A stretch of 64,000 nucleotides of DNA from an uncultured Pseudomonadales bacterium. Lineage in GTDB: Bacteria > Patescibacteriota > Microgenomatia > UBA1400 > PJMF01. Each line of letters begins with the position of its first letter. Position 1 is the stretch's first letter. The stretch covers positions 57,618 to 121,617 of the forward strand of contig CAZKVV010000004.1 in assembly GCA_964556485.1 (NCBI GenBank), written 5' to 3'. A program made the position numbers and the translations under genes. Of the stretch, positions 8,800 through 18,839 are shown piece by piece. The notes under the pieces are model-generated. The model worked only from the letters and a program-made list of their open reading frames with translations. It ran no database searches and had not been told where the DNA came from.

Positions 8800-10430
8800 A
8801 AAAACTAAAGCTTAATTTGGGATGTGGCCTTGATCATAAAAAAGGTTGGATAAATATTGATGCTGTTGCAGCGGTTGCTCCAGATCTTATCCATAATTTA
8901 CACCAGCCACTACCATTTCCAGATGCTGCAGCTGATGAACTTTTGGCGCAGGATATTTTGGAGCATTTTACTAAAGAAGATGGTCGCACGGTTGTAGCAG
9001 AACTATCTCGGGTGTTATGTGAGGGAGGAACTGCCCGATTTAGAGTACCAAATATTGATGCCATTATTTCTCAGTTTGAGACTGATCCGGAAGTGCGCAA
9101 TGAATTTTTGTATGGCACTACCAAAGATACTGGTGAATTTGGGGCACATAAAGTTGGATTTTCAAAAGCATCTTTTTTTGAGTTGTGTCTAAGTGCCAAT
9201 TTAGTACCTACATCATTTAGCACCGTTGATACTAACATGGAGATTGTGTGTACCAAACAACAGACAATTTCCAAAAAAATGAGCCTCCTATTTTTTATTC
9301 ATACCTTTGGCATGGGAGGTGCAGAACAATTTATGTTAGATCTTTGTGTTGCACTCAAAAACAGAGGACATCACTGCACTATTGCAACTAACCATGTTCC
9401 TTTTTTAGAAATGTGTAAAAGAAACAAGGTGGAAGTGCTACCACAAAACATTTCAATTGATGTGATTGGGGATTGGAAAGGAGTGGTTAAATCTTTTGCT
9501 TTAGCACCTTTTGCAGCTGTCGAGTACTTCCGTTTGATACAAAAAGTAAAACCAACAGTTGTTATTGCTGTAGGATTTTCTGACAAATTCTTCGCAAGCT
9601 TTTTTGCATGGGTGCAACAGCTTCCGCTCGTGTGGATTGAATTTGGTCCACTGGATGCTGTGTTTTCAAAGTTTTTACGACTGCCTAAAGTACTCTATTT
9701 TTTGGTGAAGTGGATGCCACACAAAGTTGTGGTGCCATCACAAAATTCACTTAATAAACTAACCACAGGCGCACGAATTTCACTTGCTAAGTTGGAGCGA
9801 GTTGCCTGTGGAACAACTATTCCTAAAACCACAGTGGTACCAAATGCAAAAAAAGTGCTCCTTTGCGTTTCTCGTTTTGCTAAAGGTAAAGGGCAAGAAG
9901 TATTGCTCAAAGCATATGCATTAAAAAAGACGCAACTTGCGGGATATCAGCTGGTATTTGTAGGTGAAGGGGAAACGCTGGAGCAGTGCAAACAATTAGC
10001 AATGGAGCTGGGTATTACTGAAAAAACAGTATTTAAAGGTTGGGTGAAAGATAGCAAAAAAGAAATAGCAGCAGCAACAATTTGTGTGTTTCCTTCAGCA
10101 TGGGAACTAGAGGGTTTTGGACTTGTTACAATTGAAGCAATGGCACATGCTAAACCAGTCATAGCGTTTGCAACGGGACCGACCCCAGAGATTGTTCAAC
10201 AGGGAGTGACAGGGTTGTTGGTTACTAAAATTTCAGCACAAGCATTAGCAGACGCGTTACTACAACTTTCTCAAGATGCTGAAGGCAGAAAAAAAATGGG
10301 TATTGCTGCAAAAAAGAGAGCTTTGGATCTGTTCAGTATTGAGAATTCTGCAAAAGAATATGAACAAGTATTTGTGCGCGGGATAGCTCGCAGCTTGGCG
10401 GAAAAGAGTAGTGCAAAGATGAGCAAGTAA
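8787..10430 (+). CDS. Methyltransferase-like domain fused to GT4 glycosyltransferase
   Basis: LNLGCG...DILEHF N-domain; GGAEQ, KGKG, EGFGLVTIEAM C-domain. Confidence 0.85.
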   Translation: MAKVKKLKLNLGCGLDHKKGWINIDAVAAVAPDLIHNLHQPLPFPDAAADELLAQDILEHFTKEDGRTVVAELSRVLCEGGTARFRVPNIDAIISQFETDPEVRNEFLYGTTKDTGEFGAHKVGFSKASFFELCLSANLVPTSFSTVDTNMEIVCTKQQTISKKMSLLFFIHTFGMGGAEQFMLDLCVALKNRGHHCTIATNHVPFLEMCKRNKVEVLPQNISIDVIGDWKGVVKSFALAPFAAVEYFRLIQKVKPTVVIAVGFSDKFFASFFAWVQQLPLVWIEFGPLDAVFSKFLRLPKVLYFLVKWMPHKVVVPSQNSLNKLTTGARISLAKLERVACGTTIPKTTVVPNAKKVLLCVSRFAKGKGQEVLLKAYALKKTQLAGYQLVFVGEGETLEQCKQLAMELGITEKTVFKGWVKDSKKEIAAATICVFPSAWELEGFGLVTIEAMAHAKPVIAFATGPTPEIVQQGVTGLLVTKISAQALADALLQLSQDAEGRKKMGIAAKKRALDLFSIENSAKEYEQVFVRGIARSLAEKSSAKMSK

Positions 10431-10431
10431 C

Positions 10432-11370
10432 ATGCCAAAAGTTTCACTTATTATTACAGTATTCAACGAAGAGCATTCAATTGAAGAACTTTTAAAAAGT
10501 ATTTCTGAGCAGACGCGATTGCCAAATGAAACCATTATTGTGGACGGTGGTTCATCTGATGATACGCTGTCATTACTCAAAAAAGCCAAAAAAAAGTTTC
10601 CTACCATTGGTCTTAAACACTATCTACATCCATCTAATAGAAGTGCTGGCAGAAATTTTGCCATTCAAAAAGCTCAACACGATTGGATTGCAGTCACCGA
10701 CGCGGGATGTGTTCTCGAACCTACTTGGTTACAAGAATTACTTAAAAAGCATTTGCAAACTAAGGCAGTCGTTGTTGCTGGATACTATCGGGCAGAGTCG
10801 AAGTCAGCATTTGAAGAAGCCGTTGCCCCCTACGTGTTAGTAATGCCTGATGCAGTTGATCCAGAACATTTTTTGCCGGCAACACGATCGGTGCTGTTTC
10901 ATAAACAAACCGTTTTAGACGTTGGCGGATTTGATGAATCATTAGCTGTAAGTGAAGATTATGCGTTGGCACAGAAACTGTTCCACAGTGGTGCTCAGAT
11001 GGTTTTCACAAAGGAAGCGGTAGTAATATGGCGACCAAGATCATCTCTTGCTGATTTTTTTATCATGGTTGTTAGTATGTCTCGAGGAGATGTTGTTGCG
11101 GGAGTGTTGAGAAAAAAAGCAGTATTAGTTTTAACTCGCTACGCACTCGGTGTTTTTTGGCTTGTCATAATTGCTCATTATTCAGCGTTGTTAGCAAGTT
11201 GCGCAGCATTGTTGGTAGTGGCAGCATATGTGATTTGGGCTGTGCTGAAAAACAAAAAATATGCACCACGAGGTTTCTATTATTTGCCCGTATTGCAAAT
11301 GACCGCTGACCTTGGTGTTATGGTGGGATTAGTGCAAGGGTTTTTGAAACGATTGCAAAAATCTAGGTAA
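10432..11370 (+). CDS. Glycosyltransferase family 2 with C-terminal TM helices
   Basis: IIVDGGSSD, GRNFAI, TDAG, GGFDE..SED. Confidence 0.9.
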   Translation: MPKVSLIITVFNEEHSIEELLKSISEQTRLPNETIIVDGGSSDDTLSLLKKAKKKFPTIGLKHYLHPSNRSAGRNFAIQKAQHDWIAVTDAGCVLEPTWLQELLKKHLQTKAVVVAGYYRAESKSAFEEAVAPYVLVMPDAVDPEHFLPATRSVLFHKQTVLDVGGFDESLAVSEDYALAQKLFHSGAQMVFTKEAVVIWRPRSSLADFFIMVVSMSRGDVVAGVLRKKAVLVLTRYALGVFWLVIIAHYSALLASCAALLVVAAYVIWAVLKNKKYAPRGFYYLPVLQMTADLGVMVGLVQGFLKRLQKSR

Positions 11371-12241
11371 AGACTTCACCTGGCCAGCCGGGGGAAATGT
11401 AGAGCTGATTAGCAGGTGTGAGTACAAGGTATTCACAATCTAAGCTGGTTTTGTAGTACTCTTGATATTTTTCTGGCTGTGTGAGCATAAGCAGAGCTGT
11501 CATGCCATCAGCTTCCATTGCCGTATTAGCAACCGCAACTGCTCCAACAACCGTTGCTTGCGGTTTTTTCTCCGACAAATTAATGAGGTGATGCCAGTCT
11601 TTCCATGAGCGTTTAAAGACATCAGATGCAGCAAAGCCTTGATTGACGAGACCGACTGTTCCTAGTGCGGTATCAGTTTTGCCCGGATACTCAATAGCAA
11701 TGCGCCAGGGTTCTCCACTAGCCTTAGTGGTAGCGAACATATCTCCACCGCCATCAACAAGATGGAAGGGGTACTGGTGAGTTAATAAAAGGGCAGATAC
11801 TTGATCTATCCAAAATCCTTTAGCAAATCCGCCTAAGTCAAAAACAAGTGGCCCGGTAATCGTTAGCTTTGTGCCGGAGAGGTGCCATTGTGGAAGTTGC
11901 CAAGATGCAATCTGTGCTTCATTTTGATTGAAGCTATAGCCCGAATCATAGCCAGCATGTTCGAGTAGTGATCCAACTGCTGGATCAAAAAGACCATCAC
12001 TTTTTATTTTCAAATTTTGGGCAAATTGGAGTAATGTCGCGAACTCTGGTGAAATACCATAGGTGCCAGATTGGGCGTTTCGCCACTGTGACACTTCACT
12101 ATCTGCAATAAAGCGTGAAAATCGTTTCTCAAACGCGGCCGTTTTCGCACTAATATCTTGCACGCAGGCATCAGACACGCTCGCTGAATCCACACTCAAA
12201 TGCCAAATAGTTCCCATCGCTGAAAATGCATGCGTCCACAT
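11363..12241 (-). CDS. apbE: FAD:protein FMN transferase
   Basis: AMGT, SRF..SEVS, FDLGGFAKG, GGDM, HHLIN, ADGMTA motifs. Confidence 0.92.
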   Translation of the reverse strand: MWTHAFSAMGTIWHLSVDSASVSDACVQDISAKTAAFEKRFSRFIADSEVSQWRNAQSGTYGISPEFATLLQFAQNLKIKSDGLFDPAVGSLLEHAGYDSGYSFNQNEAQIASWQLPQWHLSGTKLTITGPLVFDLGGFAKGFWIDQVSALLLTHQYPFHLVDGGGDMFATTKASGEPWRIAIEYPGKTDTALGTVGLVNQGFAASDVFKRSWKDWHHLINLSEKKPQATVVGAVAVANTAMEADGMTALLMLTQPEKYQEYYKTSLDCEYLVLTPANQLYISPGWPGEVFT

Positions 12242-12249
12242 GCAGCTGA

Positions 12250-12696
12250 TTATAGCTGATTTTGCAACTCTGGCAGGACAGCATTAAATGCGCCAGTTGT
12301 TAGTGAAGAACCACCAACTCTATCAACATTAGTGAGATCGGCAAGCTTTTTACCAACTACCGCAGTTGGTAATTCGGCAGCAAAACTTTCTTGTCTTGTT
12401 ATTGAAATAGGAGCTTTGCCCAGGACCTCAGTTTGAGCCTCTGTGATTATGCCTTCATTATCGACCATTAGAATAAAGCTCACCTCTTCTTCACCAGCAG
12501 GTGATTCGTAACTGGTGGTAGTACGAACCTCAGTAGTTATGTCTTCAGAAGGTTGTGATTCTTGCATGATTGTTTCCTCGGGTACTTCTGTAGGTTGAGT
12601 AGTTGGAGTAGCGGTTGGGGTTGTTGAAGTACAAGCACTGACTAGTAATGAAAATGCGAAGACTGTGGTTATGGGAAGAAAGGTGGTTTTAGGCAT
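12250..12696 (-). CDS. FMN-binding (flavinylation-target) lipoprotein
   Basis: Lipobox VSAC, Thr/Pro linker, DRVGGSSLTTGAF resembling the FMN-bind motif; adjacent to apbE. Confidence 0.75.
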   Translation of the reverse strand: MPKTTFLPITTVFAFSLLVSACTSTTPTATPTTQPTEVPEETIMQESQPSEDITTEVRTTTSYESPAGEEEVSFILMVDNEGIITEAQTEVLGKAPISITRQESFAAELPTAVVGKKLADLTNVDRVGGSSLTTGAFNAVLPELQNQL

Positions 12697-12792
12697 GCAG
12701 GGATTTCCAAGTTTATTAGTACAAATTTTATATTCTGATGATGGTAACATGCTGATCGTTGTGAGGCTACCACAACATATGGGTTAAAAACA

Positions 12793-13770
12793 TCAATTAG
12801 TCATTTTTTTGCGCATCAGTAAAAGTGTCAGCAGCACTGTGAGTGTCCAGACAAATCCAATACCAAAAAGGTGAAGTGGTTCGAGTTGCTTTTGGTGGAA
12901 CGCAGAAATAATTCTCAGAAATAAAGTGTGCGAAAGATATAGTACAAAAGAATTTTTACCTATAAATGAGAGTAGTGGTAGTTGGGGAATATTTTTGGTG
13001 AAAAAAAACAAACAGGCTGGAATAGTGAAAAAGAGCAAATCAAAGCGAGTAAACTTGAGGGCGTAAAGTGGATCAATGCCATCAATAGTTCGCACCCAAG
13101 CAATGATGGTAACTGCTACAAGTGCAAGTACTGACCATTTGGGCAAGTGCAAAGCTACTTTTTTCGAAATCTCATTACTACTCAGCCAAATTCCCAGAGC
13201 AAAATATCCAATCCAAGATGTGAGGATGGTGTATTCAAAACCATCAGTAAACGTTTGCTGCTTAAAATAATAAAAAGTGAGTAGTTGGATTGCGAAAATT
13301 CCCCACACCGCAAGAGGTTTTTTTCTAATGAACATATACATTAGGGGAAAAAGGAGATACAGCTGCAAAATGATGGGCACAAAATATAAATGATAATCTC
13401 CATGACCTAAAAAAAATTGCTCCCAAAGTGGTGGAGGCCATCCTGCATAGGTCCACTGCGGAGTGTGCCAATTAATCAGAATGGTAATAGAGGTCCACAA
13501 TACATAGGCAGGGATCAAAGCTATAAATCGAGCGAAGAGAAACGGTAAAATGTTTGTTTTTTTTGATTCAAAACTTTTGCTTAACCCATATCCAGAAACC
13601 ATTAAGAAAAGAGGAACGGAAATTCTGCTCGCTTGATCAAGAAAGAATACCACCAAATTAAATGGTCGATCGGTATAGATGCCTTTGACTGTGGCTAGTG
13701 TGTGAATTAGTAGCACACAGACGATTGCTATTCCCCTGAGTTGCTGGGTATGCTTTTTGGTAAGTGTCAT
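12793..13770 (-). CDS. Acyltransferase family 3 membrane protein
   Basis: LRGIAI..V..IH, VPLFLMVSGY, YHLYFV, SFVLYLSH. Confidence 0.9.
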   Translation of the reverse strand: MTLTKKHTQQLRGIAIVCVLLIHTLATVKGIYTDRPFNLVVFFLDQASRISVPLFLMVSGYGLSKSFESKKTNILPFLFARFIALIPAYVLWTSITILINWHTPQWTYAGWPPPLWEQFFLGHGDYHLYFVPIILQLYLLFPLMYMFIRKKPLAVWGIFAIQLLTFYYFKQQTFTDGFEYTILTSWIGYFALGIWLSSNEISKKVALHLPKWSVLALVAVTIIAWVRTIDGIDPLYALKFTRFDLLFFTIPACLFFFTKNIPQLPLLSFIGKNSFVLYLSHTLFLRIISAFHQKQLEPLHLFGIGFVWTLTVLLTLLLMRKKMTN

Positions 13771-13829
13771 GCGGTAATCAAAAAAGTTTATAGTGTGATT
13801 TAGGAATTGTACCCTATACTGTCTTTACT

Positions 13830-14291
13830 ATGGCAGATTCAAAAATACCGTTTACTAAAGCAGCATATGAAGCAATGCAGGAGCATGTTGTAAAGTTGCA
13901 GACCGAACTTGGAGAGGTGCTTGTTCGCCTTAAGGATGCCCGCGAGATGGGTGATTTATCCGAAAATGGTGCGTATAAATATGCAAAGTTTGAGTTGGGA
14001 AATATTCGTAGAGAGTTGCGCAGATTAGGTTATTTGATCAATAACGGTGAAGTGGTAGTACCTGCCTCTGGCGAAATTGTTCAATTTGGTAGTACGGTGA
14101 TTGTTGTGTCTGCAGATGGTGTCACAAAGGAGTTTCAATTGGTTTCTAAACATGAAACAAATCCTGCTGTGGGTAAAATTTCACTGGCAAGTCCCATTGG
14201 CACTGTACTCTCGGGAAAAAAGGCGGGTGACACTGTAACTGTTGAAACTCCGAGAGGTCAACAAAAATATCTCATTGAGGAGGTGCGCTAG
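13830..14291 (+). CDS. greA: Transcription elongation factor GreA
   Basis: AREMGDLSENGAY, ISLASPIG motifs. Confidence 0.95.
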   Translation: MADSKIPFTKAAYEAMQEHVVKLQTELGEVLVRLKDAREMGDLSENGAYKYAKFELGNIRRELRRLGYLINNGEVVVPASGEIVQFGSTVIVVSADGVTKEFQLVSKHETNPAVGKISLASPIGTVLSGKKAGDTVTVETPRGQQKYLIEEVR

Positions 14292-15645
14292 CTTTTTGCT
14301 TTTGCTTCTGAATTTCAATGTATTCTCGCTCAAGTTGCCTAATGTTAGTTGCTGCCAATCTGACATAACACTGTATATCTAACAAAATTTCCTTCCTAGT
14401 AAGAAAATTTGACGGATAATCTGGGCAACAAATAAGCGAAATTTCTGTGAGGTAATCTGATAGTAAATAGGCCATTGAATCTTTGCAGTGTTCGACTTGC
14501 GTTGAATAATCAGCCGAGTTAACAACATACGGTTTCTCTGCAAGTTCGAAATCATACTGCTTTAATGAATAATCTCTGTCTTTTCCATAAAAATAGCATG
14601 TCAATATACCTGTAAATTGTGGATTATCCTTAATTGTTGCAAGTACGCCACGATAATCTAAAAGTAGGAGATTATATAAAAAATGTTGTAAAGTATTAAA
14701 CTCAGCAATAGTCACTAATTGACGTTGCTCAATTTTTTGCAAGCAATTCTCCAGTTCTTCAGCATCTATTTTAGTTGCATAATCAAGTAATTGTGGATTC
14801 TGCTTGCATTCAGCAGTCCAAATTTTAGCAGCTAGTCGAATTTCACTGGCAACCAACCTTTTTGTAACGACATCTTCTTCTGCATTAAAGTCAGCATATA
14901 TTTGTAAGCGTTTATAATCATTTCTTCTGATTGTCCCACCTGTTCTAAAAAGGCACACAGGAACGTCGCCATTTTGCACAACTTGCGCAACAGCTGTGTG
15001 CAAGATGTTTGCTGTTTCAGAGTCAACACTGCCCCAATAGGTATCAATGAAAGTATGCAAAGCATCTATGTCGAATTCTAAGTATGCAAATGATAATGCT
15101 GCATAACATCCGTGATTGATGAGTTGCTTCGAACATTCGATATCTCTAATAGCCTCCTTTTTACCAAAAAGGCCATGAGGTGTGTTGAAACTAAGTTTAA
15201 GATCTTGAACTATTCCACTTTTGTTTTGAGATATGGGATATCGCGCCCCACTAATGAGTCCGCCTTTGCTAGTGATGCTAGTTGAAAAAAGTTTTCCATT
15301 CACGAGAAAATCAACTAATGCATTTGGGAGCGCTCTACCATGGGTGCCGGCAGTTAAAATTCTCTTGATTTCACCGGTCAGGGACAAATTTGACTTAGTG
15401 TTCAGTTCTGTGGAAACCGACAATCTCACAAGCTCTAAAAATTTTTCTGGCGTGAGTTGATCTTGCAATTCTTGAGGCAGAAGTGCCATTGCCTCATGAT
15501 CTATGTGTATTGTAGTAAATAATCCTTTAGGAGCTTCCACTACATCCACGACGATGTTTTTATGCGAATCAATCATGCTAGTAGGAGGGAATTTTGCTTG
15601 GCGAGTGCTTTCTGGTGGTAATTTGAGTGGGTATTCATCTCTCAT
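14272..15645 (-). CDS. Hypothetical protein, possibly divergent kinase-like fold
   Basis: 457-aa ORF; HGRA, SKGG, E-helix and YDFE motifs in kinase-like order. Confidence 0.55.
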   Translation of the reverse strand: MRDEYPLKLPPESTRQAKFPPTSMIDSHKNIVVDVVEAPKGLFTTIHIDHEAMALLPQELQDQLTPEKFLELVRLSVSTELNTKSNLSLTGEIKRILTAGTHGRALPNALVDFLVNGKLFSTSITSKGGLISGARYPISQNKSGIVQDLKLSFNTPHGLFGKKEAIRDIECSKQLINHGCYAALSFAYLEFDIDALHTFIDTYWGSVDSETANILHTAVAQVVQNGDVPVCLFRTGGTIRRNDYKRLQIYADFNAEEDVVTKRLVASEIRLAAKIWTAECKQNPQLLDYATKIDAEELENCLQKIEQRQLVTIAEFNTLQHFLYNLLLLDYRGVLATIKDNPQFTGILTCYFYGKDRDYSLKQYDFELAEKPYVVNSADYSTQVEHCKDSMAYLLSDYLTEISLICCPDYPSNFLTRKEILLDIQCYVRLAATNIRQLEREYIEIQKQKQKASAPPQ

Positions 15646-15730
15646 TCTAGACAGTATAGAGATGAATGATGACTAGAGCAAGATTGGTAATATTTCACTA
15701 TCATGCTTAAAAAATACCGTCTACTTAGAA

Positions 15731-15772
15731 TTATCCACACCTGCTACTAGTTGATTTGCGTAAGGTGGATAA
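15731..15772. promoter_or_regulatory. Pair of inverted DnaA-box-like sites
   Basis: TTATCCACA at 15731-15739 and GGTGGATAA at 15764-15772. Confidence 0.45.
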
Positions 15773-15922
15773 GACTCTTTGGTTTTATAAGAACATATTT
15801 CTATTTTCTACATGTCATTTTGACAGCGGGAGCATGTGTGGTAGTATTTTTGGCGACCATCACTTCAATAGGTTGGAAAAGAAGTTAGTAGTTCAATTAG
15901 TGTTCCACTGCGACCAATTTTA

Positions 15923-15960
15923 GCAACTAAGTTGCAAAATTTGTATTTTCCCACTATAAT
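15923..15960 (+). promoter_or_regulatory. znu promoter with overlapping GCAAC-N3-GTTGC operator (Zur-like)
   Basis: GCAACTAAGTTGC 15923-15935 overlapping TTGCAA-N17-TATAAT. Confidence 0.75.
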
Positions 15961-15968
15961 TGATCTTT

Positions 15969-16901
15969 ATGAAAAAGCACATACATACATTTCTTTTTGT
16001 TTGTAGTATTTTGATTGGATTGTTTATTGCAGTTTTTGCTTTCAAACAAAATAACCCAGTTAATGAATCGAATACTAAACAACAATTATTAGTCAGTATT
16101 CTCCCACAAAAGCAAATTGTTGAAAGAATTGTAGGGGATACTAATTATGCGGTTGACGTGTTAATTCCACCAGGATTTAGTCCAGAAACATACGATCCTA
16201 CCACACAAGAAATGCAAAAAGTTTCACAGGCAAAGATGTATTTTAGAATCGGAAAAATTCCCTTTGAAATGGTGCATATTAAAAAGCTAATTGAGGTTAA
16301 TCCAAATATGATAGTTGTTGATACTTCAATTAATAACACATTCAGAAATTTAGAAGAACACACCCATGGTGTTGAAGATTTGCACGAGGGTGAAGAGATT
16401 CATACTGAAGAAGCGGAGATTGATCCTCACACTTGGCTTTCTCCTAAAATGGTCAAAGAGCAGGCAGAAGTAATATATACTGAATTAGTAAAAAAGTATC
16501 CAGAACATGCAGATACTTTTTCAGCAAATTTTGCACAATTGCAAAAAGATTTAGATACCTTAGATCAGGAATTATCTCTCGCTTTTGCTCATATCGAAGG
16601 GAAAACTATGTTGGTGTACCACCCCGCATTTGGCTATTTGGCTAGAGATTATAATTTTAATCAAGAGCACATTCAAATCGAAGGAAAAGATCCATCTATA
16701 GCTGATCTTCGTGATATTTTAACAGAAGCAAAAAATGATGGTGTCCGGGTAATTTTTGTGCAAAAGCAGTTTAGTAAAGATAGCGCTCAGGCAATTGCGG
16801 ACCATATTAATGGAGTGGTTGTTGAGGTAGATCCACTTGATCCAGATTATTTTACTAATATGAGAACAATTGCTCACATAATTAGCGATAATTTAAAGTA
16901 G
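15969..16901 (+). CDS. znuA: Zinc ABC transporter substrate-binding protein
   Basis: PPGFSPETYDP, His/Glu-rich loop, DPHTWLSP, YHPAFGY. Confidence 0.92.
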   Translation: MKKHIHTFLFVCSILIGLFIAVFAFKQNNPVNESNTKQQLLVSILPQKQIVERIVGDTNYAVDVLIPPGFSPETYDPTTQEMQKVSQAKMYFRIGKIPFEMVHIKKLIEVNPNMIVVDTSINNTFRNLEEHTHGVEDLHEGEEIHTEEAEIDPHTWLSPKMVKEQAEVIYTELVKKYPEHADTFSANFAQLQKDLDTLDQELSLAFAHIEGKTMLVYHPAFGYLARDYNFNQEHIQIEGKDPSIADLRDILTEAKNDGVRVIFVQKQFSKDSAQAIADHINGVVVEVDPLDPDYFTNMRTIAHIISDNLK

Positions 16902-16904
16902 TTC

Positions 16905-17684
16905 ATGACTGAAAAAAAACAAGACAACATTGTTTTAGAAATCGTACATTTGGATTATTCTTATCCGGGTGTTACTGAGCCAACTTTATATAATATTAGT
17001 TTTTCTTTACTTTCACACACTATTAATATGATTATTGGACCGAACGGCTCTGGCAAATCAACTTTGATAAAAGTACTATTAGGAATTTATCCAAGTAATG
17101 CAGAAATCAATTTTTATAAAAATCAAAAAAAAATTTCTGTGAGTGAGGCGCATATAGGTTATGTGCCTCAAAAAAGAAGCATTGATCTAAGTATTCCAGT
17201 TACCGTCAACGAGTTTTTGTCACTGACTCAAAAAAGTTGTAAAAGATGTGCGAGCAAAAGCAAATCGGAAATCAATGATGTGTTAGCGAAGGTGAATGCA
17301 CTTGAATATCGATATAAAAAATTAGGAGAATTGTCTGGGGGGCAACTTCAGCGCATTATTTTGGCCAGAGCTTTGCTGAACAATCCAAAAATATTAATTT
17401 TAGATGAACCTGAAGCAGGAATTGACATTCAAGGTGAAAGATTTTTTTATGAAGTGTTGGAAAAATTAGTTAAAAATGAAGGCTTGACTGCATTGATAGC
17501 AACCCATGAAATGGGTGTTGTTAGCAAATATGCAGATCAAGTTTTATGTTTGAACAAAACTCTGATTTGTGCGGGCTCAGCTCAAGCGACGCTAACAAAC
17601 GAAACATTTAAAAAACTGTACGGAGTAGATACAGTGCAATATCACCACGCACACGCAGGAACACATCATGAACACACTCATTGA
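16905..17684 (+). CDS. znuC: Zinc ABC transporter ATP-binding protein
   Basis: GPNGSGKST, GYVPQ, LSGGQLQR, LDEP, His-rich tail. Confidence 0.92.
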   Translation: MTEKKQDNIVLEIVHLDYSYPGVTEPTLYNISFSLLSHTINMIIGPNGSGKSTLIKVLLGIYPSNAEINFYKNQKKISVSEAHIGYVPQKRSIDLSIPVTVNEFLSLTQKSCKRCASKSKSEINDVLAKVNALEYRYKKLGELSGGQLQRIILARALLNNPKILILDEPEAGIDIQGERFFYEVLEKLVKNEGLTALIATHEMGVVSKYADQVLCLNKTLICAGSAQATLTNETFKKLYGVDTVQYHHAHAGTHHEHTH

Positions 17685-18489
17685 GCTTTTTTCGCTGGCT
17701 TTTATTCAGAGAGCTCTAATTGCCGGAGTGATTCTTGCCATCTTGGCTGGGATAGTGGGAGTAATGACATTGATTAGAAAGACAGCTTTCTATGGTGATG
17801 CAATTGCTCATTCTTCGCTAGCCGGAATTGCCATTGGACTTGCATTAGGTGTCTATCCCTTGCTAACCGCTCTTGTTTATTCGACTATTGTGGCACTTTT
17901 TCTTCCGAGTGTACGCAAAATTTTCTCTCTTTCATTTGATAATGTTTTAGGCATACTTTTGCCATTTTCGATGGGATTGGGAATTCTCATTTTTTCCTTA
18001 CTTCCGGGATATCAGCCTCAAATGATGAGTTTTTTATTTGGCAATATTTTAACTATTCAGCTCCAGGAATTATATCTAATAGTAGGCATATTCTTCATCA
18101 CTACTGCAATTTTTTACAAATTACTTCCACAACTATTGATGACATCTCTTGACGAAGAGTACGCAACCTTGCTTGGCTTGAATACCAAGTGGCTGCAAAG
18201 ACTTTATGAGGTGATGTTGACAATAATTATTGTAGCCGGAGTCAAGCTACTTGGAGTGGTGTTGATTAACGCACTTTTAATTATTCCCGCAAGTGCGGCT
18301 AAAAATCTTTCCTCGTCTTTAAGGCAATGGTTGATTATTAGTCCAATTATTAGTGTCATTTGTATTTTGGGTGGAATAATTGCTTCAGTATTCTTCGATA
18401 CTCCTCCAGGAGCTACTATTGCAGTTTTTGCCGGAGTGATTTTTATAATTTCGCAACTGTATATCAAACTCAAGCAAGCGCATAGCTAG
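17668..18489 (+). CDS. znuB: Zinc ABC transporter permease
   Basis: GDAIAHSSLAG, FLFGNIL, ALLIIP motifs. Confidence 0.92.
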   Translation: MNTLIELFSLAFIQRALIAGVILAILAGIVGVMTLIRKTAFYGDAIAHSSLAGIAIGLALGVYPLLTALVYSTIVALFLPSVRKIFSLSFDNVLGILLPFSMGLGILIFSLLPGYQPQMMSFLFGNILTIQLQELYLIVGIFFITTAIFYKLLPQLLMTSLDEEYATLLGLNTKWLQRLYEVMLTIIIVAGVKLLGVVLINALLIIPASAAKNLSSSLRQWLIISPIISVICILGGIIASVFFDTPPGATIAVFAGVIFIISQLYIKLKQAHS

Positions 18490-18562
18490 CATTTCCGCAT
18501 GTTTCTTCAGTATCATTAGCTTATTGATATCAGGCATTCATTAGTGTGTTTTTCTTTCGTTT

Positions 18563-18798
18563 TTGATCTTTTTTGTAGTTTTCCTTACAGCACTTTTTAG
18601 CACTATTTCTCAGGTAAATTCTGTAGAAGGAGAAGTTACTTATACTGGCACAAATACAAATTTGATTGGAGATGATAGTTCAGCCAGTCCTTATTACCAA
18701 GGGTTTACATTCAACTATTTTGGAACAGATTACACTCAAGTATTAATGGGACACTCAATTTTTGTTCTGCTTCTTCTGCATGCTCTAATGCCGCCTAA
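18563..18798 (+). pseudogene. Frameshifted, truncated fragment of a secreted nidogen-like surface protein
   Basis: Hydrophobic leader, GDD...GFTFNYFGTDYTQV, continuing in another frame as INGTLNF and then stopping. Confidence 0.55.
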
Positions 18799-18839
18799 AA
18801 TGGTAGTGGAGCTAATACATCAATTTATCTTCTCTTTTC

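Noticed and set aside
15731-15800. Replication origin
   Set aside because: Only two DnaA boxes and no dnaA/dnaN in the window
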